DNA of 60,692 bases, the filler included, from Pirum gemmata (taxonomy: Eukaryota): the NCBI GenBank assembly GCA_002812295.1. It is 10 parts of 10 records of this genome, joined end to end, with 100 filler letters (N's around TTAATTAATTAA, not from the genome) between each part and the next. Parts side by side here need not be neighbours in the genome. Positions count along the whole stretch, not along the records: positions 1 to 5,839 come from PDIN01000420.1; positions 5,940 to 13,260 come from PDIN01000421.1; 8 more parts are not named here. One strand, 5' to 3'. Each line of letters starts with the position of its first letter. Position 1 is the first letter of the stretch. Shown here in pieces: positions 1 through 13,200 of the stretch. A program made the position numbers and the translations under genes. Under the pieces are notes generated by a model. That model did no database searches and was not told where the DNA came from. It was given only the letters and a program-made list of their open reading frames with translations.

Positions 1-535
1 AGGTAACCCAATATTCTCAACTTCTACTATAAGTTATTGCAGAAATACAAGTAAGCTTATTACCTAATTTTATAAACCAACATCCTAATGGACTTCAAAA
101 ACTATTATTGGGATTATAAATGGTGCTATGTTGTTTTTTAGTGTACGACAATAACAATAAATAAACCTTCATGAACCCCAGTTTAAATATAAAACGGTTT
201 ATAGTTTTTCAAGTAAGTACTATTTACTGTTATTTTTTTTCAATTTTTTTTAACAAACAAAAAAAAAAAAAAAAAAATTTAAAAGTACATGGAATAATAA
301 CAGAAAAAACTAATTCTTTTTCCATTTAAAACTGTTATTATGATCATAGTAGTATTATTCGGTCTTATCATTATATACTTACAAAAAAACAAAAAGGAAT
401 AGGTGGAAAACATTATTAAAAAATAAAACAACGAGTAATATTGTTTTAAAATAAAAACAAAAAGAGTAATATTGTTAAAATTAAAAACAACCAGTAGTAA
501 ACAACACGCCAATAAAAAAAGTACGAGCAGTAAAA

Positions 536-2116
<1,581 letters not shown>

Positions 2117-2159
2117 CTAAAGAAGCATTAATTTTATCATTTGTACATTAATATAAAGA

Positions 2160-2207
<48 letters not shown>

Positions 2208-3202
2208 TAATAATAATTAATAATATATGACAATAACAATAACAATTGATAACAATAACTATGAAAATAACAATAACAATATTAATTAATATCAATAACA
2301 ATAACAATAACAATAACAATGACAATAACAATGAAAATGACAATAACAATAACAATAACAATAACAATAACAATAACAACAATAACAACGTTAACAATAA
2401 CAACAATAACAACAATAACAACAATAACAACAATAACAATACAAAAACAACAATGAAAACAATGACAACAATGACAACAATATCAACAATAACCACAATA
2501 ACCACAATAACCACAATAACAACAATAACAACAATAACAACAATAACAACAATAACAACAATAACACCGGACGCAAACAATACCTTTTTATAAGTTGCAT
2601 TAAGGATAACGTTTTTCTGAACAAACCAATTTATAAATTGACTANATATCAATATCAATATCAATATCAATATCAATATCAATATCAATATCAATATCAA
2701 TAACAATAACAATAACAATAACAACAAGAATAATAATTTGCAATTAAAATATAATATCAATAACAATAACTACTACAACAATATGAGCTACAGTAATATT
2801 AATAATAACGTTAACGACTAAAAAAATAAACTATATTATACAATAGCAATTTCAACAAAATAATAACAATATGAATAATATATATTGTTATAGTTAATAC
2901 ATTCGCTAGCTATTAATATATTCGCTAGTTACTAATAAAAGTTAATTAATTAAAATTGGTTGTTTAATAATTATTAAAGCGTGTTATCGAGTAATTATAA
3001 TAGTCTACATTTACCAGTAATGCGACATTGCATAAAAATATTGCGAGTGAAATTTGTTAATAATGCTTGGATTATTATTAATGTATTAATAATATAACTG
3101 TAATGTATCTGATACACGTATTCTACAAATGTGCCAAACAGTATTTGAAATATAACAGGGAATAATGAAATTTTTTTTTATTAATTAATTAAAATTTTAT
3201 GT

Positions 3203-4600
3203 AATTAATATTTTCATAGGAAAACAAGTATTTTTTTTCTAACCTAAATTAACTTAACTAGTTTAATATATATGATATATATTGATAGGGCCTATACGGA
3301 TAACCGTGAAAAAAGAAAAAAAAGCCCCACCCGCAAGGCAAAACCCAAGATTGATATTATAATAATAATAATATTAATAATAATAACTACTAATAAATAG
3401 ATTCATAGCTTTTATTATTGTGTGTATATCGTGTATTTAGGGAGATTCTAATAAATAGATTCATAGCTTTTATTATTGTGTGTATATCATGAGGTAAACT
3501 TCAAATACTATTATGATTGTTCCTGATTAACCAAATCAATTGACGTACAATTATTACACAGGTAATCGGTACCATCGATTGTTGAGTGGTTTGTTTTCGT
3601 ACTCTTATATGGATAATACAAAATTTTGGCATTTTTTACATTTGTGATACCCTGTGTTCTTACCACAGACAACGCAGATGTTCTTTGCAATCATATTATA
3701 AACGCTTTTAAACCTCTTCGGTTATTGGAACCGCTGATCGTTTAATAACACAAGTCTTACGCACTTTTTCATGCGTAGGGTTAACCACACCACAAACTGA
3801 TTTGCTTTTTATACAGTTTTCACATTTTTTATTCTTGGTATTAGTAGAAGCAGTATAAGTATTACTATCAGTATTAGTATTAGTAATAGTATTAGTATTA
3901 GTATTAGTATTAGTATTAGTATTAGTATTACTGTATACGTAATTAGTATTAATATTTAATACTAGTGTTGATATTAGTATTAGCATTAGTACTGGTGTTT
4001 GAATTGAAATTAGTGTTAGTGTTAGTATTAGTGTCAGTATTGGTATTAGTATTGGTATTATTAGTATTATTATTAGTATTAGTATTGGTATTGGGATCAG
4101 TATTACTGGAATTAGTATTAGTATTATTAGTATTGGTAGTACTAGTGAAACGATTGCCTTCAATTTTTCTTTTAAATTAAATCCCTTTTATCAAGGCCTC
4201 TTTAAGTTTAGGGTTGCTGAAACTATTTTGCAATATCCCTCTATCTGATTCCAAAATTTCTTTTGACTGTATGGTATTTGAAAAAATGTTATTCCATCGA
4301 CCTTTTTGTTTTGTTTGAAATTGATTATCAAATCCCATTGCTATTCGCAGAGCATGTCACTGATTGAATTGTTTTTGGGAACATTTTTTTGGGAACATCA
4401 GATACTTCTTTCGAACTAACTTTTTCATCTGCTGTTTCTTATCCGACTTCTGAAGCTTCTTCTCTCACGGGCGGTTTCCTTTTTCTTTCTTATATATATA
4501 AACGCAATTCTGTTTTTATTAATTAATATTTTCATAGAAAAATAAGTATTTTTTCTCTAACCTAAGTTAACTTAACTAGTTTAATATATATGATATATAT
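3203..4600. repeat. Pair of ~80-bp direct repeats (3203-3282, 4521-4600) flanking a degenerate Cys-rich minus-strand reading frame
   Basis: AATTAATATTTTCATAG..AAGTATTTTT..TAACCTAA.TTAACTTAACTAGTTTAATATATATGATATATAT occurs twice. Between them are broken frames containing CENC, CVVC and CKKC. Confidence 0.6.
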
Positions 4601-5148
4601 GATATATATAATATATATATATATAATTTATATATATATGTCGATTATAACCGGATTTTTGCTATATATATATATGGCTAAGGGCCGAAAGACCCACATC
4701 TGGTTCCATATATATAAATAGCAAAGGTCCGAAAGACCGCATCTGGGTCCGTATATATAATACATCATTATGTTATGTTATGTATATAACATATATCGAT
4801 ACATATACATTATATATAAGGGTATAACTATATTTTCAGGTAATTTCAGATTTTTCTAGTGGGTGACCCACATCACGAAGACAATGATCAGCTGAACTCA
4901 ATAGTGTAGATGATTTCCAAATTGTGTTGGCAAACATGGCGTTTCTGGAAGTTCTTGTGTAAAGTTTTAAATTTTTATCGAATGAAATATTTAACTATTT
5001 ACATCACTTTAAATCAGTTCAACATCGCAATACATTATTACAGACAATATTCGATTCCTATTCTATAATATAGAAACCGATTTAGCAGAGAAGGAATTTT
5101 AATATACAAAAAGAAAAGACATAGATTGATTTGGTTAAAGAAATAGAT

Positions 5149-5596
5149 CTACATCTTAGAAGTTTCGTTTTCAATGGGGTCTTTTTTTATATACAGTTCA
5201 ATTCGACTCAGCCTAGCTTCGATATGGCAGAGCCTTTCGGTCACTTTTCTAATTTGGTAAAGCAAAGCAGCAGTGATTATGAGCTGCAAGCAAGAGAGGG
5301 CATCAATCATTCTAAGCATCAGTACAATCAACAAAAAAAGCGAAAAGGTTCCTTCCAAAGGCAAAGTCTTTTTCATCAGACTTTGAACACGAGAGATCAA
5401 GCTATCCTTTTTGTTTGAATTTGTATTATTATTATCAGTCTTTGATATCTGGTCATTAATATAACCAAGGTTTTCTTTCTGTGATTCTTGCACCACCTCT
5501 ACATTTGGTTTTCCACCCGACATTTCTTGAAGCTCTTTGCACGTTGCGTTCACTTGTGCTTCCATGCCATTTTTGGCAGAAGAAATAATAGTGTTT
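5149..5596 (-). CDS. Terminal exon of a membrane protein with C-terminal TM plus short coiled coil (possibly VASt/Aster-Lam-like)
   Basis: Acceptor at 5597-5598, open to stop. NTIISSAKNGMEAQVNATCKELQ helix, hydrophobic segment, then RKVTERLCHIEARLSRIE. The family call is inference from architecture only. Confidence 0.55.
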
Positions 5597-5839
5597 CTGT
5601 AAAAATAACATTTACTCTGATAAATAATACAGAAAAAGAGAAACAAGAGAAAAACGGAAAAGGCTAATAACAATAACAATAATAACAATAATAACAATAA
5701 CAACAATAACAATAACAATAATGACAATAACAATAACAACAATAACAATAATAACAATAACAATAATAACAATAACAATAATAACAATAATAACAATAAA
5801 AATCAATAACAATAACAATAACAATAACAATAACAATAA

Positions 5840-5939
5840 NNNNNNNNNNNNNNNNNNNNNNNNNNNNNNNNNNNNNNNNNNNNTTAATTAATTAANNNNN
5901 NNNNNNNNNNNNNNNNNNNNNNNNNNNNNNNNNNNNNNN
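5840..5939. other. Artificial contig linker (N-TTAATTAATTAA-N); eight more at 13261, 19201, 25087, 31136, 37046, 42863, 48766 and 54716
   Basis: Identical 100-nt construct with a six-frame-stop core repeated nine times. Confidence 0.97.
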
Positions 5940-5954
5940 TTTATATATATGTAG

Positions 5955-6095
5955 GCTGTCTCTGAATATTTGCAGTTTCACTACGCTACCCCTGGAGATT
6001 TATTTCCAGGGTTTGATGAAAGTATATGCCCACCGAACTCTTTGAACTTCCCTTTTAGACTGGCCAAATTATGTGCAGACAATACTAAGGAAAAG
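5955..6095 (+). CDS. Internal exon, OvoA-type (5-thiohistidine N-methyltransferase-like) domain
   Basis: AG/GT-bounded 47-codon exon AVSEYLQFHYATPGDLFPGFDESICPPNSLNFPFRLAKLCADNTKEK. It resembles the S(Q/E)YL.FHY...NFP.R.A.LC segment that precedes the SAM-binding motif in OvoA methyltransferase domains. Confidence 0.65.
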
Positions 6096-6171
6096 GTTAT
6101 TTATTTATTTTTTATTTGTTTGTTTTGTTCATTTATTAAGTTATTTGTCTTTAAAATTGGATTATAAATAT

Positions 6172-6203
<32 letters not shown>

Positions 6204-6287
6204 TTTTAATGCGAAACTTAAATTACCTAAGCACAATACTTTTGAACATTTGTATCATTGCAGATGTTTTGCAGTAAATAATAGAAT

Positions 6288-6660
6288 GGAAGTTACATCC
6301 GAAGTAATCAAAGTCCTGCTAATCATTAATCAATATGTAGTAAAAGAATGATGTCTCATAATATGTATGTTTGCTTTTAAAGGATATTTTAGAACATTGA
6401 TATTATAATAATAAGAACAATAAGAACATTAACAGTAATTAAATAATAGTAATTAAATAATAATAATAATATCAGTAATTAATAAAATGGGAGTTACATC
6501 CAAAATAATCAAAGTCCTGCTGATCATTAATCAATATACAGTAAAAGAATGATGTCTCATAATATGTATGTTTGCGTTTAAAGGATATTTTAGAACATTG
6601 ATATTGTAATAATAATATAAGAACAATAAGAACAATAACAGTAATTAAATAATAATAAAT
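6288..6660. repeat. Tandem duplication of ~200 bp
   Basis: GTTACATCC..AATCAAAGTCCTGCT..AAAGAATGATGTCTCATAATATGTATGTTTGC..AGAACATTGATATT occurs at ~6290 and ~6490. Confidence 0.85.
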
Positions 6661-6703
6661 AAATAATAATAATTAAATAATAATAATTAAATAATAATAA
6701 TTA

Positions 6704-6742
<39 letters not shown>

Positions 6743-7096
6743 CCCTCTCACACTCCCTCTCACAATCACGATATCAGCAACAATTGTGATAACAAAAAAA
6801 ACGACAACAACAATTACAATTGCAATTCCAACTACAACTACAACTACAATAACAATATCAATATCAACATCAATATCAATATCAGTATCAATATCAATAA
6901 AAATAACAATAATAATATTAATTTTAATAACAGTGACAATAACAATAACAATAACAATAACAATAAAACTAACAATCATATACATAAAATCACAATTACA
7001 ACCACAAAAAATAAAAAACAAAATCTTAAAAACAAAATTTTAACGAAACATTAAAAATAACAAAACCAATAACGGTACTACTAAAAATAATTTAAC

Positions 7097-7189
7097 CTGG
7101 AAGAAACAGGAAGTTTATAAGGATCGAAAGGAAAATACGTTTCCAATTCATTCTTTATTCCCAGCGACGAATACGTCGAAAGAGTGACT
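7097..7189 (-). CDS. RRN3: Internal exon of RNA polymerase I initiation factor RRN3/TIF-IA
   Basis: AG/GT-bounded 93-nt exon VTLSTYSSLGIKNELETYFPFDPYKLPVSS, containing the L..(Y/F)FPFDP..L signature of the RRN3 C-terminus. Confidence 0.75.
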
Positions 7190-7218
7190 CTATTGTTGTT
7201 TGTTGTTACAAAATAAAG

Positions 7219-7458
7219 TTCGGGTTAAGGTTGGGGTTGGGGTTCGGGTTCGGGTTCGGGTTCGGGTTCGAGTTCGGGTATGGGTTCGGGTACGGGTTCG
7301 GGTTCGGGTTCGGGTTCGGGTTCGGGTTCGGGTTCGGGTTCGGNNNNNNNNNNNNNNNNNNNNNNNNNNNNNNNNNNNNNNNTAACCCTAACCCTAACCC
7401 TAACCCTAACCCTAACCCTAACCCTAACCCTAACCCTAACCCTAACCCTAACCCTAAC
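7219..7458. repeat. Telomere-like arrays (TTCGGG)n, N gap, then (CCCTAA)n; both intronic
   Basis: Directly visible. Each array abuts a splice acceptor: RRN3 exon on minus, M23 exon on plus. Confidence 0.9.
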
Positions 7459-7469
7459 TCTACCATTAG

Positions 7470-8209
7470 GGTTTTGGGGGTAGGCTTACCCATTTTTTCA
7501 CAGAATCATATCATGCGATTGATTTAAGATGTAAAGAGGGGACCCAAATATTAGCAGTTGTAGACGGAGTTATAAAAAAAGTCGAAGACAATAATACAAT
7601 AACTGGAATACATTGTTTTAATTTATTTGCATGGAATGCTCTTAGTTTAGTAACCTCTGATGGACAATATAGTATAGAATATGTTCATATTGAACCTGGT
7701 ATTACAAATATATACTGTTGACTTTTGTTGTTATTGTTGTTGTTGTTGGTGGTGGTGGTGGTGGTGGTGGTGGTGATGGTGGTGATGATGATGATAGTGG
7801 TAGTGGTGTGGTTATTGTGGTTGTGGTTGTTGTGGTTGTTGTGGTTGTTGTGGTTGTGGTTATGGCTGTGGTTGTGGTTATGGTTGTGGTTGTGGTTGTG
7901 GTTATGGTTATGGTTATGGTTGTGGTTGGTGGTTGTGGTTGGTGGTTGTGGTTGTGGTTGTGGTTGGTGGTGATGATGATGATGATGTTGGTCGTGGTGG
8001 TGGTCGTGGTGGTTGTGGTGGTTGTGGTGGCTGTGGTGGTTGTTATTGTTGTGGTTGTGGTTATTGTTGTGGTTGTGGTTGTGGTTGTGGTTGTGGTTGT
8101 GGTTGTGGTTGTGGTTGTTAATCACGATAAATCACTGTTTTAATTTTAGGCAGTGCTGTAGTGAAAGAAGGTGATAAAGTCAAAGCGGGTGACATAATTT
8201 GTAAATCAG
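7470..8209 (+). CDS. Peptidase M23 (LytM-like) family protein, internal exons 7470-7698 and 8150-8209
   Basis: Spliced GFGGRLTHFFTESYHAIDLRCKEGTQILAVVDGVIKKV...SIEYVHIEPG|SAVVKEGDKVKAGDIICKSG shows the M23 pattern H..AID...GT.I.A..DG.V, Y.H and V..GD.V..G..I..SG. The exon with the HxH motif was not found. Confidence 0.85.
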
Positions 8210-8258
8210 GTATATTATATAAATTCTCAGATTGTAATTATTATTATTATTATTATTA

Positions 8259-8300
<42 letters not shown>

Positions 8301-10171
8301 TAACTATTAACTATTACTATTAACTATTAACTATTACTATTATTACTTTACTATCACTATTACTAATACTGTTATTCATTTCTTACTAATTATTAGATAC
8401 TATTAATTCTACTTATAACTATTACCATTACTTATTTCATATCACTATTACTATCACTGTTACTATCACTACCACTACCACTATTACTATCACTATCACT
8501 ATTACTATCACTATTACTATTACTATCACTCTGTTACTATTACTATTACTATTACTATTACTACGTATTACTTTTACTATTATTATTACTATTATTACTA
8601 TTATTATTAATATTATTAATATGAGTGCAAGAAATGTTATTCTATCTCTCTGATTCTCTCATTCTCTTTATTGCAGTTCCGTGATTTACCTCTGCAATTT
8701 TATTTGGAAAGTCAATTTTGATAAAGAACTTTAGCAAAGGTTACTTTTGATATTATTAGCAGGAATAAATAAATAAATACATTTTTAACACTATTTTTAT
8801 ATAAACGCTAACTAAATATTTTGTGTACTACCGGTATATTATATGATATAGTATAAAAAAAAAGGAAGATTGAAAAGTATGAAAAGTAGTTTTTAAAATA
8901 TCACATACCAAGACAAAGTAAAAAAGAAAAAAAAAGATAAAAGGATAAAAAAAGGATAAAATAAAGAAAAAACGTGTTGCCTTGGTGGCTTGGTCCCTTC
9001 CTTTCTGCAAAGTTCTGGTCACTCAAAGTCCTTGTGCAGAAGTCCTGTGAGTGGACCTCTAGAAAAAGATTGGGGGATGGTCAAAAGGAAAGTTAAAAGT
9101 GAAAACTACATTTTTTTTTTTATATTTATTATTATCATAAAAAATTATAACCCTTCACATCATACAGTTGTACAGATGGAGTTGTGGTTTGAACTTCAGA
9201 AGGACCAGCAGGGTTAGGGAACTGGTTCTAAAGGGGTTACAGTAAAATTCAAGACCCCTCCCTGCCTACATACTAGCTAGTCAATTCTACTCACTTTTTA
9301 AGCTGGGCCGACTGAACCGAACTGATCAATAACCGACTCGAGTTGGTCAGTTTGACACCTAAGCTAAAAAAGCACTTTCAGTCAGTGTCGCTCTTATTTA
9401 TTGTGTGCATCATAAGTTCTATATATAGATCATACAGCTGACTCCAAGTACGAAAGAGGAAAGAAATGATATGGGGGGGAACAGCGAGGAAAAACACCAC
9501 TGGGAACACCGCAGTGATAGTTTATGATGGACATGAAACATAGTGCCAAGGTTTATTTCATTAGTGAAATGATGATTTCGAACCTTTGCCTCTCTGAATT
9601 AAAAATTGAACACACAAAGTTTAAATCAGTTCCCAGATAAATATAAAACCAAAAGAGTTGATTATATTGTTCCTTTCCGGTGTCAAGTCTTGTAATTTTT
9701 ATTATTATTACTCTTATTATCACTCTTACTCTTACTCTTACTAATATTACTATTACTATTATTGCTATGGCACTACTATTAATACTACTTTTTACCATCT
9801 CACTATTACTTACTAAACCATACTGTTCCAGGTGCGCTTTCTTTCCTTCACTTTATAGAGCTGTATACAATTGTCATGGTCACTGTTAATTACCAAGCCA
9901 TGCTATTCCTACGGGTGATAATTATACTCCCTTTCAATTTTTGAATTTTGTTTTGAAATGGATCCATCAATGCTATTTTATAACCTTACAGTTAATTAGG
10001 AATTACAGGCAAATATTTATTGCTTGATAGATATTGAGTTTATCAAAATAAAATAGTTAGAAAGTGTGATAAGGAAAGTATCCACACTCACTTTTCCAGT
10101 GCTTTCAAACCTTGTATTTAGCTTTAAGGCTTTTAAGTTTATTTCCAAAATTACAAATCTTTGTTTATTAG

Positions 10172-11471
10172 TTATAACATCTTCGACATACAGAATTCAT
10201 AAACAGTGAATGACACGCTGATCGAGGGTAAAACTTTGCAGTAATTGGGAAGTAATCCCCTGTAAAGTCCCCTAATGCCCTCTATACAGCAATAATAGAA
10301 AATTAGCAAGTTTTATTTATGGCTGTGCGTGGGAGGTGGGGGGGGGGTAACGTCGAGAGCACGAGGAATAAGAGATGGGTTACAAGAAAAGAGCATAGTA
10401 TATATAAGGATAGATAAATTTATAAAGAAAGTAGTTGATTGGATGTACCATGTGTTACTATTGTGCGAAGTGCATCCCAAGTTCCTTTATATTTAAACGG
10501 ACTTCCAGATAACCCTTTCATTTGCATTCTTCTTCGCACCAGATCTAAGGGGTAGGCAACTATATCACAGAAAACAAAAAACAGAATAAGCAGAGCAATA
10601 GTTTGTAGCTTGGTTAATAAGATGATATAACAATAATTCAGTAATAGAAATAAAATAAAAGTTGATGACAATGAAATCATAAATCATACTATTAATCACA
10701 GTAATGACAGTGACATTGGCAATAATATAGCAGCTCAAAAAAGGTATAAATACTAACGACATTACGCACTGCACAAACAAAACTGAACTAAGCAATAATA
10801 TATATATATATATATATATATCAAAAACTAGATTAAAAAAAAAACCTGTCTGTGCCGCAGCACCAGCGATAGCTCCACACATAAGACGAGTGGGAACTGG
10901 TAGCATCTCACCATTTTTCAATTTATACCGTTTCTCGAAAATCTTTTTTAGACTTTCATACACAGCAAAGTTCAAAGCAACGTATGGTGATACGCCCTGT
11001 ACATTAAGTTAACAAGAGGTGGTTGACAAAGTAAACATAATATATATATATAATACATATATATAATACATATATATAATACATATATAATACATATATA
11101 TATAAGAATATGTGACTTTAGATTATATAATGAGCTAACGCACTTGATTGATTAGAATCAAATTACATAGTAGTACAACATATTAAGTGTGTCGAATCAG
11201 CTGTAAAGGACTATTGGGTGAAAAAGCATACTAATAATGTTGGGGTGAGACCCCTAAAAAGGGCACCAGATAAGAATCCACCCTCTTCCCTGCAAATCAA
11301 CTTTGCAGTGGATATAATTCCAGAGTATTTTTTCGGACCTTCTTTTTGCGCAGAGAGACGTGTTCTAACCAAATCCAGAGGGTATGTAAGAGTAGCGGAA
11401 GTAATCCCAGACAAAGCTCCCGCACTTAAACGCATTAATGTAGTCAAATCCTCTGCGTCATCACATAACAG
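10172..11471 (-). CDS. Mitochondrial carrier (SLC25), 3' four exons: 11232-11471, 10846-10996, 10449-10559, 10172-10281
   Basis: Phase-consistent splicing with two YPLDLVR.R carrier signatures, [17 protein letters not shown] and [29 protein letters not shown]. Resembles the adenine-nucleotide/CoA-type (YPR011C-like) subgroup. Confidence 0.93.
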
Positions 11472-11522
11472 CTACAAAGGCGGCAAATTTGTGGATTAAT
11501 ACTACTTATAATAATACTTATG

Positions 11523-11590
<68 letters not shown>

Positions 11591-11772
11591 ACTAAATTGA
11601 ATCAAAGATTAACTGACAGACTGATTAAATTGACTGACTAACAAAATAAATGAATTTGAATGAATAAGAAATAGCAAATAAATAAATAATAAAGATAAAT
11701 AGCTACTTTAGATGGACAAATAAATATAACTATAATAAATATTAACAAGACTTGAAATATAATAACATAATC

Positions 11773-13200
11773 ATGGATAGTTGTGACACCTACATCGTAC
11801 AATTGTTTGGAAAAGACAAAACTTATCTCCGCACAAAACCAAATTTTAATTCATATTATGAAGGTTGTGTGTTAGAAAATGAAAAGGTCGAAGTTGTAGG
11901 TACAACTACTGGCCCTTTAATAGAAAATTTTTATCTTGAATCATCAAAGCGGTACATTGAGTTTTTTAAAATGAAGGATAGTTCTGGATGGATTATGAAT
12001 TGGGACGTGGAAAAAAATGCAAAGTGCCTTAAGATTTTATCTGAACTTAAACCCTTCCTTGTGCAAAATTGTGCTGAGCGCTACCATTACGAAACTATTT
12101 ATTTAAATCACTCCAGTAAAGTTATTTCTTTTCGTTCACTGGACGAAACCGTTCGTATCAATGTATACTGGACCACGGGAACAGTTGGGACGTGCATAGA
12201 TCATCCTAGCCAAGGAAAAACACAATTATTTCGACGTAATGTAACTTTGAATGAACTTGAAACAATTTTTAGAAATCCAAGGGTACACACAGGAAAAGGT
12301 TATAAATTTGTGTCAGATTATGAAGAACAAAACAGAAAAAGAACTAAGGTGAGCCAACAAGAACAAATTGCACCAGTAAATGAAAAACAATATTTAAAAG
12401 AAATGTTGGATCGCTTGGAAACTGATAAAAAAGAAATTGAACAAAAGCAAATTGTTTTCAAAGCCATGATACAAGATATAGAAAAGAAAGAAACTGCAGA
12501 AAAATCCCGTCAACTCGCCATTTCCAAATTCAAAGAAAGAGAAGAAAGGGAAAAAAAAAGTAAAGAACAAAGAGCAAGATTTCTCTCTCTCAGAGGTAAA
12601 TCATTTAGTTTTAACTGTGTAGAAAACAATGTGCCACTAAACGAAAATACTAAACTTCTTGCTTTTGATGGTTCAACTGTTTTAGCAACCTATGATAATG
12701 GTGAAAACGCTTTTAGCGCCGGATTAGTTTATGATGTTTCTAAACTGCTTCGTACAAGAAGTCCAACCCATCCGCAACCGACCCTGATAGCTCTCTCTCC
12801 CGATAATAACGACAATTACTTCTTTATTAAATTTTCAAATGGGAAATGCCATTGGAGGTGTCATATGTCTGTTCCAATGGATGATATATATTCTGATATA
12901 ACAATTATTTGTTTTGGGTTTACTCCTCAAAAAGGAGAATCTTATTTTATTCAAACAGATGATGAATATTACTATAAAAATGTTCCGGGAAAGTTTGAAC
13001 AATTTGTAAGAAATAACGGTATACCAAGAAAAGCATCGCTAGGAAGTAACGGAGAATGGTTTATACAAACCCACGATGGAATAAATACTTTTGGGGGTAA
13101 TGTTTCGCGTGTATTCAGACGATCTTGGGCTGCTATTGGGTGTGAAAATATTAAAGATGTAAAATTTGGTGATAACTACGCACATATAATACGATTTTGA
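11773..13200 (+). CDS. Intronless ~475-aa protein of unknown function with a conserved-looking RINVYWTTGTVGTC.DHP.QGKTQLFRR...FRNPRVHTGKGY domain, a coiled coil and a beta-rich C-terminal region
   Basis: Long non-repetitive ORF in very AT-rich DNA; first ATG at 11773. Confidence 0.85.
   Translation: MDSCDTYIVQLFGKDKTYLRTKPNFNSYYEGCVLENEKVEVVGTTTGPLIENFYLESSKRYIEFFKMKDSSGWIMNWDVEKNAKCLKILSELKPFLVQNCAERYHYETIYLNHSSKVISFRSLDETVRINVYWTTGTVGTCIDHPSQGKTQLFRRNVTLNELETIFRNPRVHTGKGYKFVSDYEEQNRKRTKVSQQEQIAPVNEKQYLKEMLDRLETDKKEIEQKQIVFKAMIQDIEKKETAEKSRQLAISKFKEREEREKKSKEQRARFLSLRGKSFSFNCVENNVPLNENTKLLAFDGSTVLATYDNGENAFSAGLVYDVSKLLRTRSPTHPQPTLIALSPDNNDNYFFIKFSNGKCHWRCHMSVPMDDIYSDITIICFGFTPQKGESYFIQTDDEYYYKNVPGKFEQFVRNNGIPRKASLGSNGEWFIQTHDGINTFGGNVSRVFRRSWAAIGCENIKDVKFGDNYAHIIRF

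Noticed and set aside
2580..2625. Possible upstream NHP2 exon (KTLSLMQLIK..)
   Set aside because: AG/GT-bounded, but the phase needed to join exon 2047-2116 introduces a TAA; not supportable without transcripts.
7219..7458. Telomere-telomere fusion or chromosome end
   Set aside because: The two arrays have different units, are separated by an N gap, and each lies in an intron next to an exon.
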